Part shown: positions 1 through 14,640 of the stretch, piece by piece
Layout of the letters: the number at the start of each line of letters is the position of its first letter
Numbering within the stretch: the stretch's first letter is position 1
Source: the human T2T-CHM13v2.0 reference genome, Homo sapiens
Direction: 5' to 3' (one strand)
Length of the DNA stretch: 64,000 nt
Assembly (NCBI RefSeq): GCF_009914755.1
Contig: NC_060929.1
Made by a program: the position numbers and the translations under genes
Notes under the pieces: model-generated
Database searches by the model: none
Told to the model about the DNA's origin: nothing
The model's input: only the letters and a program-made list of their open reading frames with translations

Positions 1-59
1 AGGGATCCCACAGGAACTGCCAACCCCGCATGCCCACTGCTGCGGGGCATGCGCAGTGA

Positions 60-345
60 ACTGCCCACTGCTTCCCCTTCTCCTCCCTTGTTCTCGGGCA
101 ATGGTATCTCCACTTATCCATTCTCTCAAGCCAGACACAGGAGTCTTCCTTGACCCCATCATCTTCTTTCTGTCATTACGTCCTGCCAGTGCCACTTTAA
201 CAATGCCACCCACATCTATAGACCTCTTTCCATTTCCATCACACCTACCTTGTTCCAAATGGCCTTCACTTCTAGAAACATTAATCAGAACATATATCAT
301 TCCCTGGGTTAAACCACTTCAGTTTCTCCTCATTGCCCAGAGCTC
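60..345 (+). mobile_element. L2 LINE fragment (ancient)
   Basis: Pyrimidine-rich L2-like text (caagccagacacaggagtcttccttgacccc...taaaccacttcagtttctcctcattgccc); boundaries approximate. Confidence 0.6.
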
Positions 346-458
346 TGCTTCTCAAACTGGATGCCTGATAGCATCGGAGGGAGTACACAATGTCACAAGT
401 AGATATGAGGAATCTCCCTAAGTGCCAATATTACTTGAGAATTTTGAGGAAAAGCCAA

Positions 459-731
<273 letters not shown>

Positions 732-895
732 CGAACATTTTTATATTGAAACAAATGTAATATTCTATGAAGCCATATAAAAGTCCTCTAAAAGTTATCA
801 TGTAAATAATACAAAAACACTCAAGATTGATAAAGTTTGTATTGTGAATTTAAACATTCTGGTTTGTAATGATGATAAACATTTAAACTTTGAAC

Positions 896-1188
<293 letters not shown>

Positions 1189-1280
1189 AACTTTGAGCCG
1201 TTTGTTAACTCATGTTTTTAGAATTGCAAATTAGCTTACCATTCACCATTGCTATTGCCATCAGTTTTGTACAGAACATT

Positions 1281-1317
1281 CTTGGTGATCATGGTATCTC
1301 CCTTGCCAGGTAAGTAT
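1281..1317 (-). pseudogene. U1 snRNA 5' fragment, 3'-truncated retro-pseudogene
   Basis: Reverse complement reads ATACTTACCTGGCAAGGGAGATACCATGATCACCAAG, 35/37 match to the first 37 nt of U1; flanked by aacattctt / aacgttctt. Confidence 0.9.
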
Positions 1318-1449
1318 AACGTTCTTAGGCACAAGGGACTAAATGCAGCTTTTATATACAGAGGATCTTTATAAAACCTGAACTTGAAGATGCATTTCAA
1401 TCTTGCATAAAGTGTTTATGTTGGGCATTTACGTAACCTAATTAAACAA

Positions 1450-1760
1450 TTTTTTTTTGAGACAGGATCTCACTCTGTTGTCCAGGCTGGGGTGCAGTGG
1501 TGTGATCATGGCTCACTGTAGCCTTGACCTCCCGGGCTCAATCAGTCTTCCCATCTCAGCCCCTCTAGTAGCTGGGACTACAGGTACACACCACCACACC
1601 CAGTTATTATTATTATTATTATTGTTATTTGTATTTTTTGTAGAGATGGGGTTTTGCCATGTTGCCCAGGCTGGTCTCGAACTCCTGGGCTCAAATGATC
1701 TACCTTCCTCAGCCTCCCAGAGTGTTGGGATTTACAGGTGTAAGCCACTGCACCTGACCT
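1450..1760 (-). mobile_element. Alu (AluJ-like)
   Basis: Reverse Alu with J-type ctcctgggctcaa; middle A-rich linker expanded to (TTA)n. Confidence 0.93.
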
Positions 1761-1802
1761 AAATTTTTATTTAACCAAAAAAAAAAAAAAAAAAAAAAAA
1801 AA

Positions 1803-2203
1803 ACCAGAATCAATAGGATGTGGGTATAGATATATAGACGCAGACAGATTTATTTTAAGGAATTGGCTTATGTGATTGTCGGGGCTGGCAAGTCTAAAAT
1901 CTGCAGGGCAGACTGACAGGCTGGAGACGCATGGAAGAGTTGATGCTACAACTGGAGCCTAAAGACCGTCTGGAAAATTTCTTCTTTCTTGGGGAAACTC
2001 AGTCATTTTTTCCTTAAGGCCTTAAACTGATTAGATCTGGCCCACTCACATTATGGAGGGTCATCTATTTTACTCTTAGTTTACCGATCTAAATGTTAAA
2101 TTTTTCTAACAAATACTTTCACAGCAGCATCCAGACTGGCATTTGACCAAAAATCTGGATAGTGCCGTTTCATCAAGCTGACACATGAAATTATCTATCC
2201 CAG
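1803..2203 (-). mobile_element. MLT2-family (ERVL) LTR
   Basis: gatttattttaaggaattggct...ggctggcaagtctaaaatctgcagggcag...aagctgacacatgaaatta, typical of MLT2C/D. Confidence 0.8.
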
Positions 2204-2229
2204 CCTGTATGTCTTTGTATACATGGAAT

Positions 2230-2720
2230 GTGGGTAGCTGGATAGCTGAATGGAGGGATGAACGGATAAATGGATAACTGGATATGTGGATGGGATGATG
2301 GAGATATATGATTGGTTATGTGTTTAGAGGCCAGATGAATGAATGAATGAATGAGTAAATGAATAGGTAGATGAATCATAGAATGATTGGTGGTGTGAGT
2401 AGGTGGGTGGGCAGATAGGTAGAGAGGTGAATATATGTATTGGTGAGTGACTGGTTGAGTAGTAAATGTGTGGGTGGACGGGATGGTAAGGGTTGAATGT
2501 TGGTTGGATAGCTGGATGTTGTCTAGTAAGACCTGTGGTTGGATGAAGTGCTGATGGACGCACATATGCATGGACCAGTGGATGGCTGTGTGACTGGTGG
2601 AGTCTGAGTAATGAGTAAATGAGGGGACCGGTGGATAATTGAAAGACTAAGTGTGTTAGATGTAGGCAGGAATGGATGAGAGGGTGGGTGAACAAGTAGA
2701 TGGGTGTGTGAATAGATATA
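2230..2720 (+). repeat. Degenerate (TGGA)n/(TGAA)n simple repeat
   Basis: Recurrent tgga/tgaa/gggt tetramers over about 490 bp. Confidence 0.85.
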
Positions 2721-3401
2721 TTGGGAATCTATAGATCTCTTTGGGAGAATGCTAAATGGGGAAATGCTAAAGTCAGCAAGTTTGTTTTATGGAAGAGTTA
2801 GTAGAAAAGAAGCAACATTTCATGTACCCTTTATATGATTGATACAAGTGCCTTCATTTCTCTGAGGCTCCATTTCTTCATCTAAAAATAAAAGGGAAAT
2901 CAAATACTATTTACCTGGCAGCGTGCTGTGAGGCTCAAGTGAGGTATGTGTGCAAGTGTCTGGCACAGTGCATTAAATATTATTAAGTTCTCAAAAATGT
3001 CAGTTTTCTGCATTCCTCTGCCTCTCCTCTCCTTCTTCCTTGTCTGTAGGTGGAAGGTTATGTTTTATAGAGCGAAATCATACCGAGGTCTCCTCTGTGT
3101 CCGCCACCCCAGCTTTAATAGAAACACATCCCTGACATGGCTGGTACAACCTCCTGAGGCCTACATTGGGCATAGAATAGCCCCCTCCACCACCCTCACC
3201 CCAAAAGGGACACCACTGCCTGACCCTCTTGCTTCAGCTGGGATGATTTCTTTGTCCTCAATGGATCAGAGACAACACCTGGCCTGGCTACTGCTTCTCC
3301 TTGAATCTCCTCATGACAACTCAAACATGATGAGAAACACATTTGGACTCCTTGGTGGCAGCAACACTTTCTCCCTGAAAGATCAGAGACATGTACAAGG
3401 C

Positions 3402-3440
3402 CACACACACACACAGACACACACACACACACACGCACAC
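3402..3440 (+). repeat. (CA)n microsatellite
   Basis: Direct reading. Confidence 0.95.
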
Positions 3441-3489
3441 GAGGTTTGTACAGGGGACCTTGGTGGGGAGGAAGTTTGTGGCATAGCTT

Positions 3490-3692
3490 AGGAGTCTGAG
3501 AAACGGGTTTGAATCCTGGTTCTGCCATTTTGGGGCTGTATGATTCTGGAGATGTCTCTCTCCTTTTCTGAGACTCAGTGCTCCTATCTGTGAAATGGGA
3601 ATAATATGGCCCACCTCACAAGGCCTTTGTTAGGAAGAATTGAAATAATTATGGACACAGTGTCTGGTACATACCAGGTACTAAATAAATAC
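3490..3692 (+). mobile_element. MIR SINE
   Basis: gggtttgaatcctggttctgcca...ctcagtgctcctatctgtgaaatgggaataat core. Confidence 0.85.
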
Positions 3693-3849
3693 CAATCCCA
3701 TTTTCGCTGGAAGAAAAGCTTGTCTAGGAAAGAAAGACCCAAAATGTGTCACTTCGGTTTCCACCCAAGTATTTGGAGCCCTGGTGGGAGTAGTGAGAAG
3801 GAGTGGGATGTTGAGTAAGTTGATGGATTTATTTATTCACCAACTTATT

Positions 3850-4250
3850 TCTTTTTTAGAAAATCAGCTTAACTGAGGTATGATTCTATACCATAAATTG
3901 CATCCGCTTAAAATGAACAATTTGATGAGTTTGAACAGCTGCATGTGTCTACCCATGAAACCATTGCCACAATCAAGACACAGACCATTCCCAACTCCCC
4001 AAAGATTTTTTGTGCCCTTTCACAGTCCATCCCTCCCTCCAGTGCCATGCCCGGGTAACCACCCTGCTTTCTGTCACTATGGATTTGTTTGCATTTTCTG
4101 GAATTTTACATCAATGGAATCATATATTATAACATCTTCTGTGTCTGGCCCCTTTTTTACTTGGCTGAATCATTTGGGATTTATCCATGTTGTTGCATGC
4201 ATGAGTAATCCATTCCTTTGTATTGCTAACTAGTATTCCGTGTACACAAC
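3850..4250 (-). mobile_element. Old L1M 3' fragment
   Basis: Antisense L1MB/MC/ME-type 3' end (cacaatcaagacacagaccattccc...gatttatccatgttgttgcatg). Confidence 0.8.
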
Positions 4251-4329
4251 TTTTTATTTCCCACTCATGTAGCTTTTAATTAATTTATTCACCCATTATT
4301 CAGCTACTTGCTTGTTCATGATTTACAAT

Positions 4330-4425
4330 TGTGTTCATTTATTCATTCTTTCATTCATCCATTCCACAAATATTTACTGTGTGCCATCTCTGTGCCAGAT
4401 ATTGCTTTGGTATAGGACCATAGCA

Positions 4426-4478
<53 letters not shown>

Positions 4479-5340
4479 TTATTAAAGGTGCTGGGGATAA
4501 GGCAGTAAACAAAGTAAAGAAGTTCCAGCATGGAAGGAGATTATATTCTATTAGATATAAGCAAGTAAATACATGACAAGTTGTGATAAATGACATGAAG
4601 TGAGAGAAAGCAGATTTGGGGGTGGATGATGTTTATGGAAGTGTGCTACTTTATATATAAAGTGGCGAGAGAGGGTGTCTTGGAGCAGCTCTGCTGATGA
4701 ATGTACAGAAAGAGAAAGTGCAAAGATCTGGATGTAGGTAGGTGTTGAGGATCTTGATGTAGGTGGGTGTTGAGGATATTCAAAGAGCAGCAAGTCTGGA
4801 AGAGGTCTGCATCGAAGATATAAATTTGGGAGTAGTGGGTGTGCAAAGGGTATATTTAAAGAAGAAAGACTGATGAGATCCGTCTCCAAGGGAGTTGGTG
4901 TATGGACAAGTCCACATCTGAGGGCAGAGCCCTGAGGCCCTCCTACATTTATGGGGCAACAGGATGGAGAGCAACCAACCAGGCAGCTGGAAAAGAGTGG
5001 CCGGAGGGTAGGAGGTGAATAGGCAGAGTAGGGTCTGGGAGCTACGCATGAAGCAGGTTTCAAGAAGGAGGGAGGGGTCATCTGTGTCAAATGGATGCTG
5101 CTGGTAGATTGAGGAGGACGAGGGCTACAAACTGACCAGGGGAGCTGACGGCTAGAGGTCTTGGGGTTACAGAAACGTGGTAGTGATGGGAAGGGGGTAG
5201 TTGGAGTGGGTTCGAGACAATGGGAAGAGAGGAAGTGGAGAGAGTGAACACAGACTATTTTGAGGCGTTTGACTGCAAGGGGAGAAGGCAAGTGGGGTGA
5301 TCGGGATGTGGGGGTAAAGGAGGTTTTAACATGGGAACTA
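4330..5340 (-). mobile_element. L2 LINE 3' end and RT region
   Basis: tcattcatccattccacaaatatttact tail; minus ORF 4551-5348 contains GGPQGSAL, resembling the RT motif GVPQGSVL. Confidence 0.85.
4429..4476. repeat. (AT)24 microsatellite
   Basis: Direct reading. Confidence 0.97.
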
Positions 5341-5341
5341 G

Positions 5342-5855
<514 letters not shown>

Positions 5856-6290
5856 GGGAGACATTTTCACCTGTCTGGGTGGCCCACCCTCCCTCACCTC
5901 GGAAAGGGCTAGACAAAGGAGGCCTGAGTCCTCTTCAGCTCCTGGCTGATGGGGCAAAGCGTCATCTCAGCTTCTCCCTCTGCTGAGAGAGGCGAGGAGG
6001 CCCGAGAGAGGGGAAGGGGCCAGGCAGGAGTGGTGCCTGTCAGTGGTGACTTGGCCACTCCTGAATGAAGTGAGCCTGGCCCCTGCCCTGAGGTCCCCTC
6101 CCTGTCTGCTGGCCTCCAGCTGGCCCCTCCTCAGCCCCATTTCCACCAGCCTGTGGTCCTTGCGGACTGGGAGGGCTGGGACCAGCAGCCAGGAGCTTCT
6201 TTCTTTCCTTTGGAGGTTGCTTGGGAGGGCGAGTATGGAGTCTGACAGATGTGGGTATGAATCTGGTTCCACAACAATTCAAGGGAAGAC

Positions 6291-6403
6291 TGGGGTGGCC
6301 AACTTGTCCCTCTTTTTCTGGGACTTTCTTAGGTTTAGCATGGAAAGTCTCACATCCTGGGAAACTCCTCAGTCCTAGGGAAACCGGATTGGGGGTCGCC
6401 CTA
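6291..6403. mobile_element. MER81-like hAT-Blackjack MITE
   Basis: 113 bp; degenerate TIRs tggggtggcca / ggtcgcccta; internal gaaagtctcacatcctgggaaactcctcagtcc matches recalled MER81. Confidence 0.75.
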
Positions 6404-6499
6404 GAAAAACAGTGGATGAACCTGACAGAAGGCAAGGACTGTGACTTCTTCAGGCTTCTGCAAGGTGATCTGGCAGGGTGGGTGTGGGCCCAGGCAGCA

Positions 6500-6690
6500 G
6501 TCCTTGCTTCCCCACTGCCTAGCTGTGAGGCCTGGGTAACTGAACTTCTCTGCATCTCAGTGTCCCCATCCATAGAGTGGATAAAATAACATCTCCTATC
6601 TTTCAGGGTTGTTGTGAAGATTATATATAAAGCATTGAAAACTGCCTGGTTCATAATAAGTACTCGATAGACATTAGCATTTAGCTATTA
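6500..6690 (+). mobile_element. MIR SINE
   Basis: tagctgtgaggcctgggtaactgaacttctctgcatctcagtgtccccatc core. Confidence 0.8.
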
Positions 6691-7254
6691 TTTGTAACCT
6701 CAGTGCCCATAATAGGTACCTAGGTACTCAGCACATGTTTGTTTGTTTGATGAAACTGTGAATGACTGAGTGGCTCTGGTAAGAGGATATGTAAGATGTT
6801 AAGGTTAGCCCGAGGAAAGAGACACTGATTCTGTTCAGTGGGAATCAGAGGCAGCTCCATAGAGAGGCTAATAATCAGGCTAGGTGTTACAGGTTAAGTA
6901 GGAGTTTTCTAGTTAGAGCTGGGACAGGGACTAGCTCGTGCTTGAGAGGGAATAGGCAGAGAGGTATGAGAGTGAATAGGTGCATGGCTTCCCTCTCACC
7001 CCAAGCGCAATCTCAGCAACTCAGTTATCAAAGAAACCAACTCTCTCAGGGTTACTTTTCCTACACCCATGATTGTAAACACCTCTCAGCCCCCGTCCTG
7101 TCTATGTTTTCAATTCTGTATCCCAGCATCCAGCTTGGTGCCTAATACATAGCAGAGGCTAAGTAACTACTTGCGGCTCATCTGCTCTGTGCCTGCTGCT
7201 GTGCTATGTGCTTTCTTGTATTATCTTATTTTACTCTTTACTATCACCATCTTC

Positions 7255-7554
7255 CTTTTTTTTTTTTTTTTTTTGAGATGGATTCTCACTCCGTCACCAG
7301 GCTGGAGTGCAGTGGCGCCATCTCAGCTCACTGCAATTCTCCGCCTCCCGGGTCCAAGCGATTCTCCTGCCTCAGCCTCCTGAGTAGCTGGGACTACAGG
7401 CACGCACCACCATGCCCAGCTAATTTTTGTATTTTTGGTAGAGACGGAGTTTTTCCATGTTGGCCAGGATGGTCTCGATCTCCTGACCTCGCGATCCGCC
7501 CACCTAGGCCTCCCAAAGTGCTGGGATTACAGGTGTGAGCCACCGCCCCCAGCC
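7255..7554 (-). mobile_element. Alu (AluS-like)
   Basis: Full reverse Alu; TSD accat(c/g)ttcc. Confidence 0.95.
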
Positions 7555-8229
7555 ACCATGTTCCATTTTAAAAATGAGAAAATTGAGGTACAAAATAAAT
7601 GACTTACTCAAGCAAGCCCCAAGAGTTAGTAAGAGAAAGAGCTGGCATTTCATACCAGCAAGTCTGACTCCAGATTAAGCTTCTAACCATTCCCTTACAT
7701 GTTTCTTTAGTTCTTGGCAAATGGTACCTCTGGCTACAGTTCCAAGAACAGGAGGAGGTTGGTTGAAGTCTCTAGGGCCTCCACGTCTTCTGGGGTGGGA
7801 GGTAACCCAGTAAAACTCGACTCAATAGATGGATCATGGGCTCCTGCCTCACGAGGTGAGGCCTCATCTGTGAGGTCAGGGCATAGACTGTGGAGCTCAG
7901 GTCTTGGCTCCATGCTTCCTAGTGGTGTGATGCTGGCCAAGTTACTGCTCCTCTCCAGCCTCAGTTTCCCTTCCTCTAAAAGGGCTTCGATGGGATTGTT
8001 GGCAGAATTGCATGAGTGACCTCATATCCTCATATAAAGCACTGAGCAGAGCCCAGCAAGAGGTGCGCTCTCAGTTTCTGTTAGCTGCTGTTAGAACTGA
8101 CTTTCTCACTACAGGGTCTTGTGTGGCTTTCAGACTGTGGGGATACAGAGTGGCATAACACGTAGCCCTGCCTTGGAGGGGCTCTGGACACAGTGGGACA
8201 GGGCGACATAGAGAGTTTGGTAGGGGCGG

Positions 8230-10450
<2,221 letters not shown>

Positions 10451-13158
10451 GTGTCCTTCCTGTGGACACTTGAGTCCAACAGGATTCAGCTGAAGCTGAG
10501 AAGTGTGAGAAGGACCTACGGGGTGGGGGGAAGGTGCTTATCTTGCTTCCCAAGGAGCAATGGAGGGGGCTTTTTGCCACCTCCTGGGGTGGGAGCCTCA
10601 GTCCTCGGGGCTGGGCCCCCTAAGGCCCGTCCCAGCTGGTCCTGGGAGGGTACCACCTCCTCCCCACCCTGTGACCCCTGGGTCAGGGGCCATCTCCTGG
10701 GGAGATGGGAGTTTGTGGCTGGCCTGAGCAGCTGCCTGGAGGGGAGGAGGCCCCTTCGATGACCAACCAGCTCTTTCACACCCCAAGGAAAAACAAGCCC
10801 ATCTGCAAAAACCCAGAGGTGTGAGGTGGAGGCTTGGCAATCTGCGGCTGGGAGGGAGGAGCCTCCTGTCTTCCCGCTGAGACAGTGTGGGAAGGCCGGC
10901 CAGCCCAGCCTGGGATCCAGCTCCCTCCCTCCATGGGGCCTTGGGCAGGGCCTCCGGAGAGCAGTGTGGGGCTGGGAAGGACTCGGAAGCACCTGGAGGA
11001 GCAGGAAGCTCTGGGGACACTTTGCAACTCAGGCGGCTGGCAGAGAATGAGCACTGTGCAGCGAGTCGGGAGATCTCAGCCACCCACACCCCCAGACTCC
11101 TGCGTGCCCTGGGGCTGTTGAGGGGTCCCCACTTCAGGGTTCAGTTTCCCCTGCCATCCAACTGCTGGAGTCGGTGGCCTGGGATGCTCTTTCTGGCTGG
11201 TGAGGCTGTTGAGGTCCTCCCAATATGGGCAGAAGAACCCAAGCAGAGGGTCTGAGCGCCTGCCCGCTCTGGGCACCCGGAGCCGGCTCAAGTTCCATTC
11301 CTGAATATCAATGAGCAGGCCTAGGAATGTCTGCCCCACAGCTGGCTGCAGGCAGGCGGGCGGGGCGGGAAGGGAAGGGAGGAAATGGCCGGGCCTGGCC
11401 CTCCCAGACCCACCTGCCCCGCAACAGCAGGCAGAGCTTGCAGGCAGGCAGGGCAGCCTCTGCCCAGGGCAGAGGCAGATGGGAACAGACAAAGGCCCTT
11501 GAGATGTGGGGGAGGTATGAGGGAGGGCAATGGGGGGAGGGTGGGACAGACCTTTCCCAAGCTGCAGTCATGCCCCGTGCCTCTGTGCCATCGCACCTTT
11601 AAGTCTCCAGCAAGCTCCAGCATTCTGCACTGTCACTCCTGGAACTTGCCCACCTTCTCACTGTGGGAGGAGGCAGAACTAAGATTCAACCCCAGGCCTC
11701 TTCAGCTTGCAACCTGTGACATTTGTGTTATGTCACCCTAGGAGATAGGGAAAGCTGCAGATGTAGACAGCTTAGGGGCTGCTGGGCTGAGAGCTGCCTT
11801 TATTCATTTCTTCCTCTTGCAAGAAACAAGGCCTGTGCCAGCCTGGTGTCGGGTGCTGGGAATACATCTGTGAGCAGGCCAGGGAGGTTTTAGGAACTGG
11901 AGAGAAAAGAGTAACATTAATGCTCCCTTAATCATCCTCAGCCCCTAGTGAGTCATCTGAAAAAGCTGCTAAAGGGCTGCATTCCTCTGCAGTACAGAGG
12001 ATTCACCCAAGTTAGTAAGAACATTTCAGAACAAATCACATCTCAGAACAGAGCTCGGTGATTGCAGGAGAGGTCAAGCCTTCAGAGAGTCAGGACATCA
12101 GGGACAGACCCTTAAATGTGCCAGGTGCTGGGATTGACCAGTGAGGGGATGGGTAACAAGATTATTTGACAAGGTTTCTTCTGCACGTAACTCACAGTCC
12201 AGGGCAGGAGACAACTCCATCACAAGGCCATGATGGAACAGAATGCTGGGATGGAGAAGTGGGAGGAGCCAGGTAGGAGGAAAGTTCAAGGGTGGGGCCT
12301 CCAAGGTGGCATTACAGGAGGAGTGAGAATTCTACAAGGGATAAAGCAGGAACGTGCCTCCAGGCAGAAAGGACAGATAGCATTTGCAAAGGTCTTGCAG
12401 TGGCTATAGCCCTGCTGGAAGGCCAACAGTGTAAAGCTAGGAGATGAACTGAAACGCAGAGAGGTGTGCTCTGAATACCAGGCTGAGAGTATGGACAACC
12501 AGTGTGACACTTTGCTTGACCGGATGAATATTCCACCCTCCTCCCTGGCCTAGAAAACCATTTTGGATGTGTGTTTGATTGGGTCTGATAAGCTGTCAGG
12601 GCTGCCGGTGAAGCTGGAGGCTGTCTCGAGGCTGATCAGCTTGCCCCTCCACAGGCACAAGGACTGTGTCTGGGCCCCAAGCACTCCGTCTGCAAAGAAG
12701 GAGCTATAAAAATGTACTCAAGGCAAAGGATCCCAGGGAGCTAGCACAAAATGGTGTTTGAGGCTCTTTCCATGCAGATCAAGCTCAACCCCAGGAACCA
12801 AGGCTGACTGACCTTGACAAGTCCCTTCCCCTCTCTGTGCCTCCATTTCCCTGCGGTCTCAGGTTACTCTCCAACATTCTCATTCAGATGACTCAAGGAG
12901 AGGTAGAATTGGGTGACCACTTAGAAGGTGGCTGGAGAACTCACTGGATTAGCCATGATCATCATTTCTGACCCCGGCCCCTCTATGGGGTGACGAGGAT
13001 GGGAGACAGAATTGTGAGGGCTGCTTGCAATGGTTTCATTGTGGGGCCAGCTCCTGGGGAGTCTGTATTCCTTGAAGCTGGCGTCTGGGCATCCACGGGT
13101 TTTAGACCCTGGTCTAGGCCTCGGATGGTGAGTAGAGCCAGAATTGGGACCTTGGTTC

Positions 13159-13467
13159 TTTTTATTTTTTTGAGATAAGTTCTTGCTCTGTCACCCAAGA
13201 TAGTGTGCAGTGGCAGGATCGAAGCTCGCTGCAGCCTCAAACTCTCAAACTCCTGGGCTTAAGCGATCTTCCTGCCTCTGCCTCTGGAGTAGCTGGGACT
13301 ATAGCTGCAAGTCCCTATGCCTGGCTAATTTTTTAAAAGATTATTTTGTAGAGACAAGATCTCGCTATGTTGCCCAGGCTGGCCTTGGACTCCTGGCCTC
13401 AAGCATTCCTCCTGCTTTGGCCTCTCAAAGTGTTAGGATTACAGATGTGAGCCACTGTGCTCAGTTG
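13159..13467 (-). mobile_element. Alu (AluJ-like)
   Basis: Diverged reverse Alu; TSD ttgggac(c/t)ttggtt. Confidence 0.92.
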
Positions 13468-13517
13468 GGACTTTGGTTTTTGATATGGATCAAGATTCAT
13501 ATGTCAGCTCTGGATCT

Positions 13518-13600
13518 ATTCATTCATTTATCCATCCAACCATTCATCCATCCATCCATCCATCCATCCATCCATCCATCCATCCATCCATTCATCTATG
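13518..13600 (+). repeat. (CCAT)n microsatellite at an L2 tail
   Basis: Direct reading. Confidence 0.92.
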
Positions 13601-14239
13601 CAATGACTAATTGTTGAGCGCAGGTGCATGCTAGCTGTGTGGTCAATAGCGGATGTTGAAGGTGCATCAGAAAGCATGGTACACATGTTAATGGGATCTC
13701 ACTTTAGCAGTGGGTCCATTCCATTCAGCACTTAAGGAACTCCCCTACTTCCTTTGTGTGCCCAGGGAGACCATTTCATTCCTGTGAGCCTCAGTGTTCT
13801 CACCTATACAATGAGATTTAATGATCCCCGTTTGTAATGCTGTTGTGAGTTTAATGAGATGATGGATGGAGGGCACCCAGCATGGCACAAGGACTTTGCA
13901 TGGGAGCTGTCATCAGTGTTCCTTACAGCATCACACCCGAGCCTACAGCTCACATGGCACAGTGGTAGGACCAGCTGTGGGGAGTGGAAGAAGGAGGGCA
14001 ATGGGGTTAGGCAGAGCTGGCTACACTTTGGCTGTGTGACAACAGGCCAGCCCCTCAACTTTTCAGAATCCACATTTGTATATCAGCGATAATAATTCCT
14101 CTTTTGCGGGGAGGAGGCATACACTGGAAGCTGGCCTCCTTCCTTCCCTTCTCCGAGGGGGTGGGTTGGGGACATCATGACCCCCAAGGGCTGTCAATGG
14201 GAGATGCAAGAGACATGTCCAGTGGGCCTGGGGGCCCTT

Positions 14240-14640
14240 TCGTTCATCTACATGTCATTGGGAAAGTCTTATGCAAGGTGCTTGGGATTGATGATTGACA
14301 TGACAGATGGGAAACCTGCTCTCATGGAGCCCTGTGCCTGGGATGGCAGAGGAGTGAAGACCAGATGCACGGAGCGGTTTGTGATAGCTGCTCTGCGGGA
14401 GAGCGCCAGGAGCTGGGATCACAGGTCAGGAGGGGCTGCTGGAGATGGGGAATCCAGGGAGCGTCTTGAAGGAGGTGGCTTTTGAGTTCTGAGCTGAAGT
14501 GCCAGGAGTCAGCTGTTTGAAAGGTGGGCAGAGGTGGGCAGGGCACAGCAAGTGCAAAGGCTCTGGGATGGCAAAGGCTTTGAGAGCCTGAGAAAGCAGA
14601 GGCCATGCTTTCAGGGACTTTCACGTGTGATGGGAAGCAT
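14240..14640 (-). mobile_element. L2 3' fragment
   Basis: aaacctgctctcatggagc...gaggtggcttttgagttctgagctgaag...agcaagtgcaaaggctctggg. Confidence 0.75.

Noticed and set aside
2903-2920. ttacctggcag resembling the U1 5' end
   Set aside because: Only 11 bp, and it lies at the matching position of a MIR; likely coincidence.
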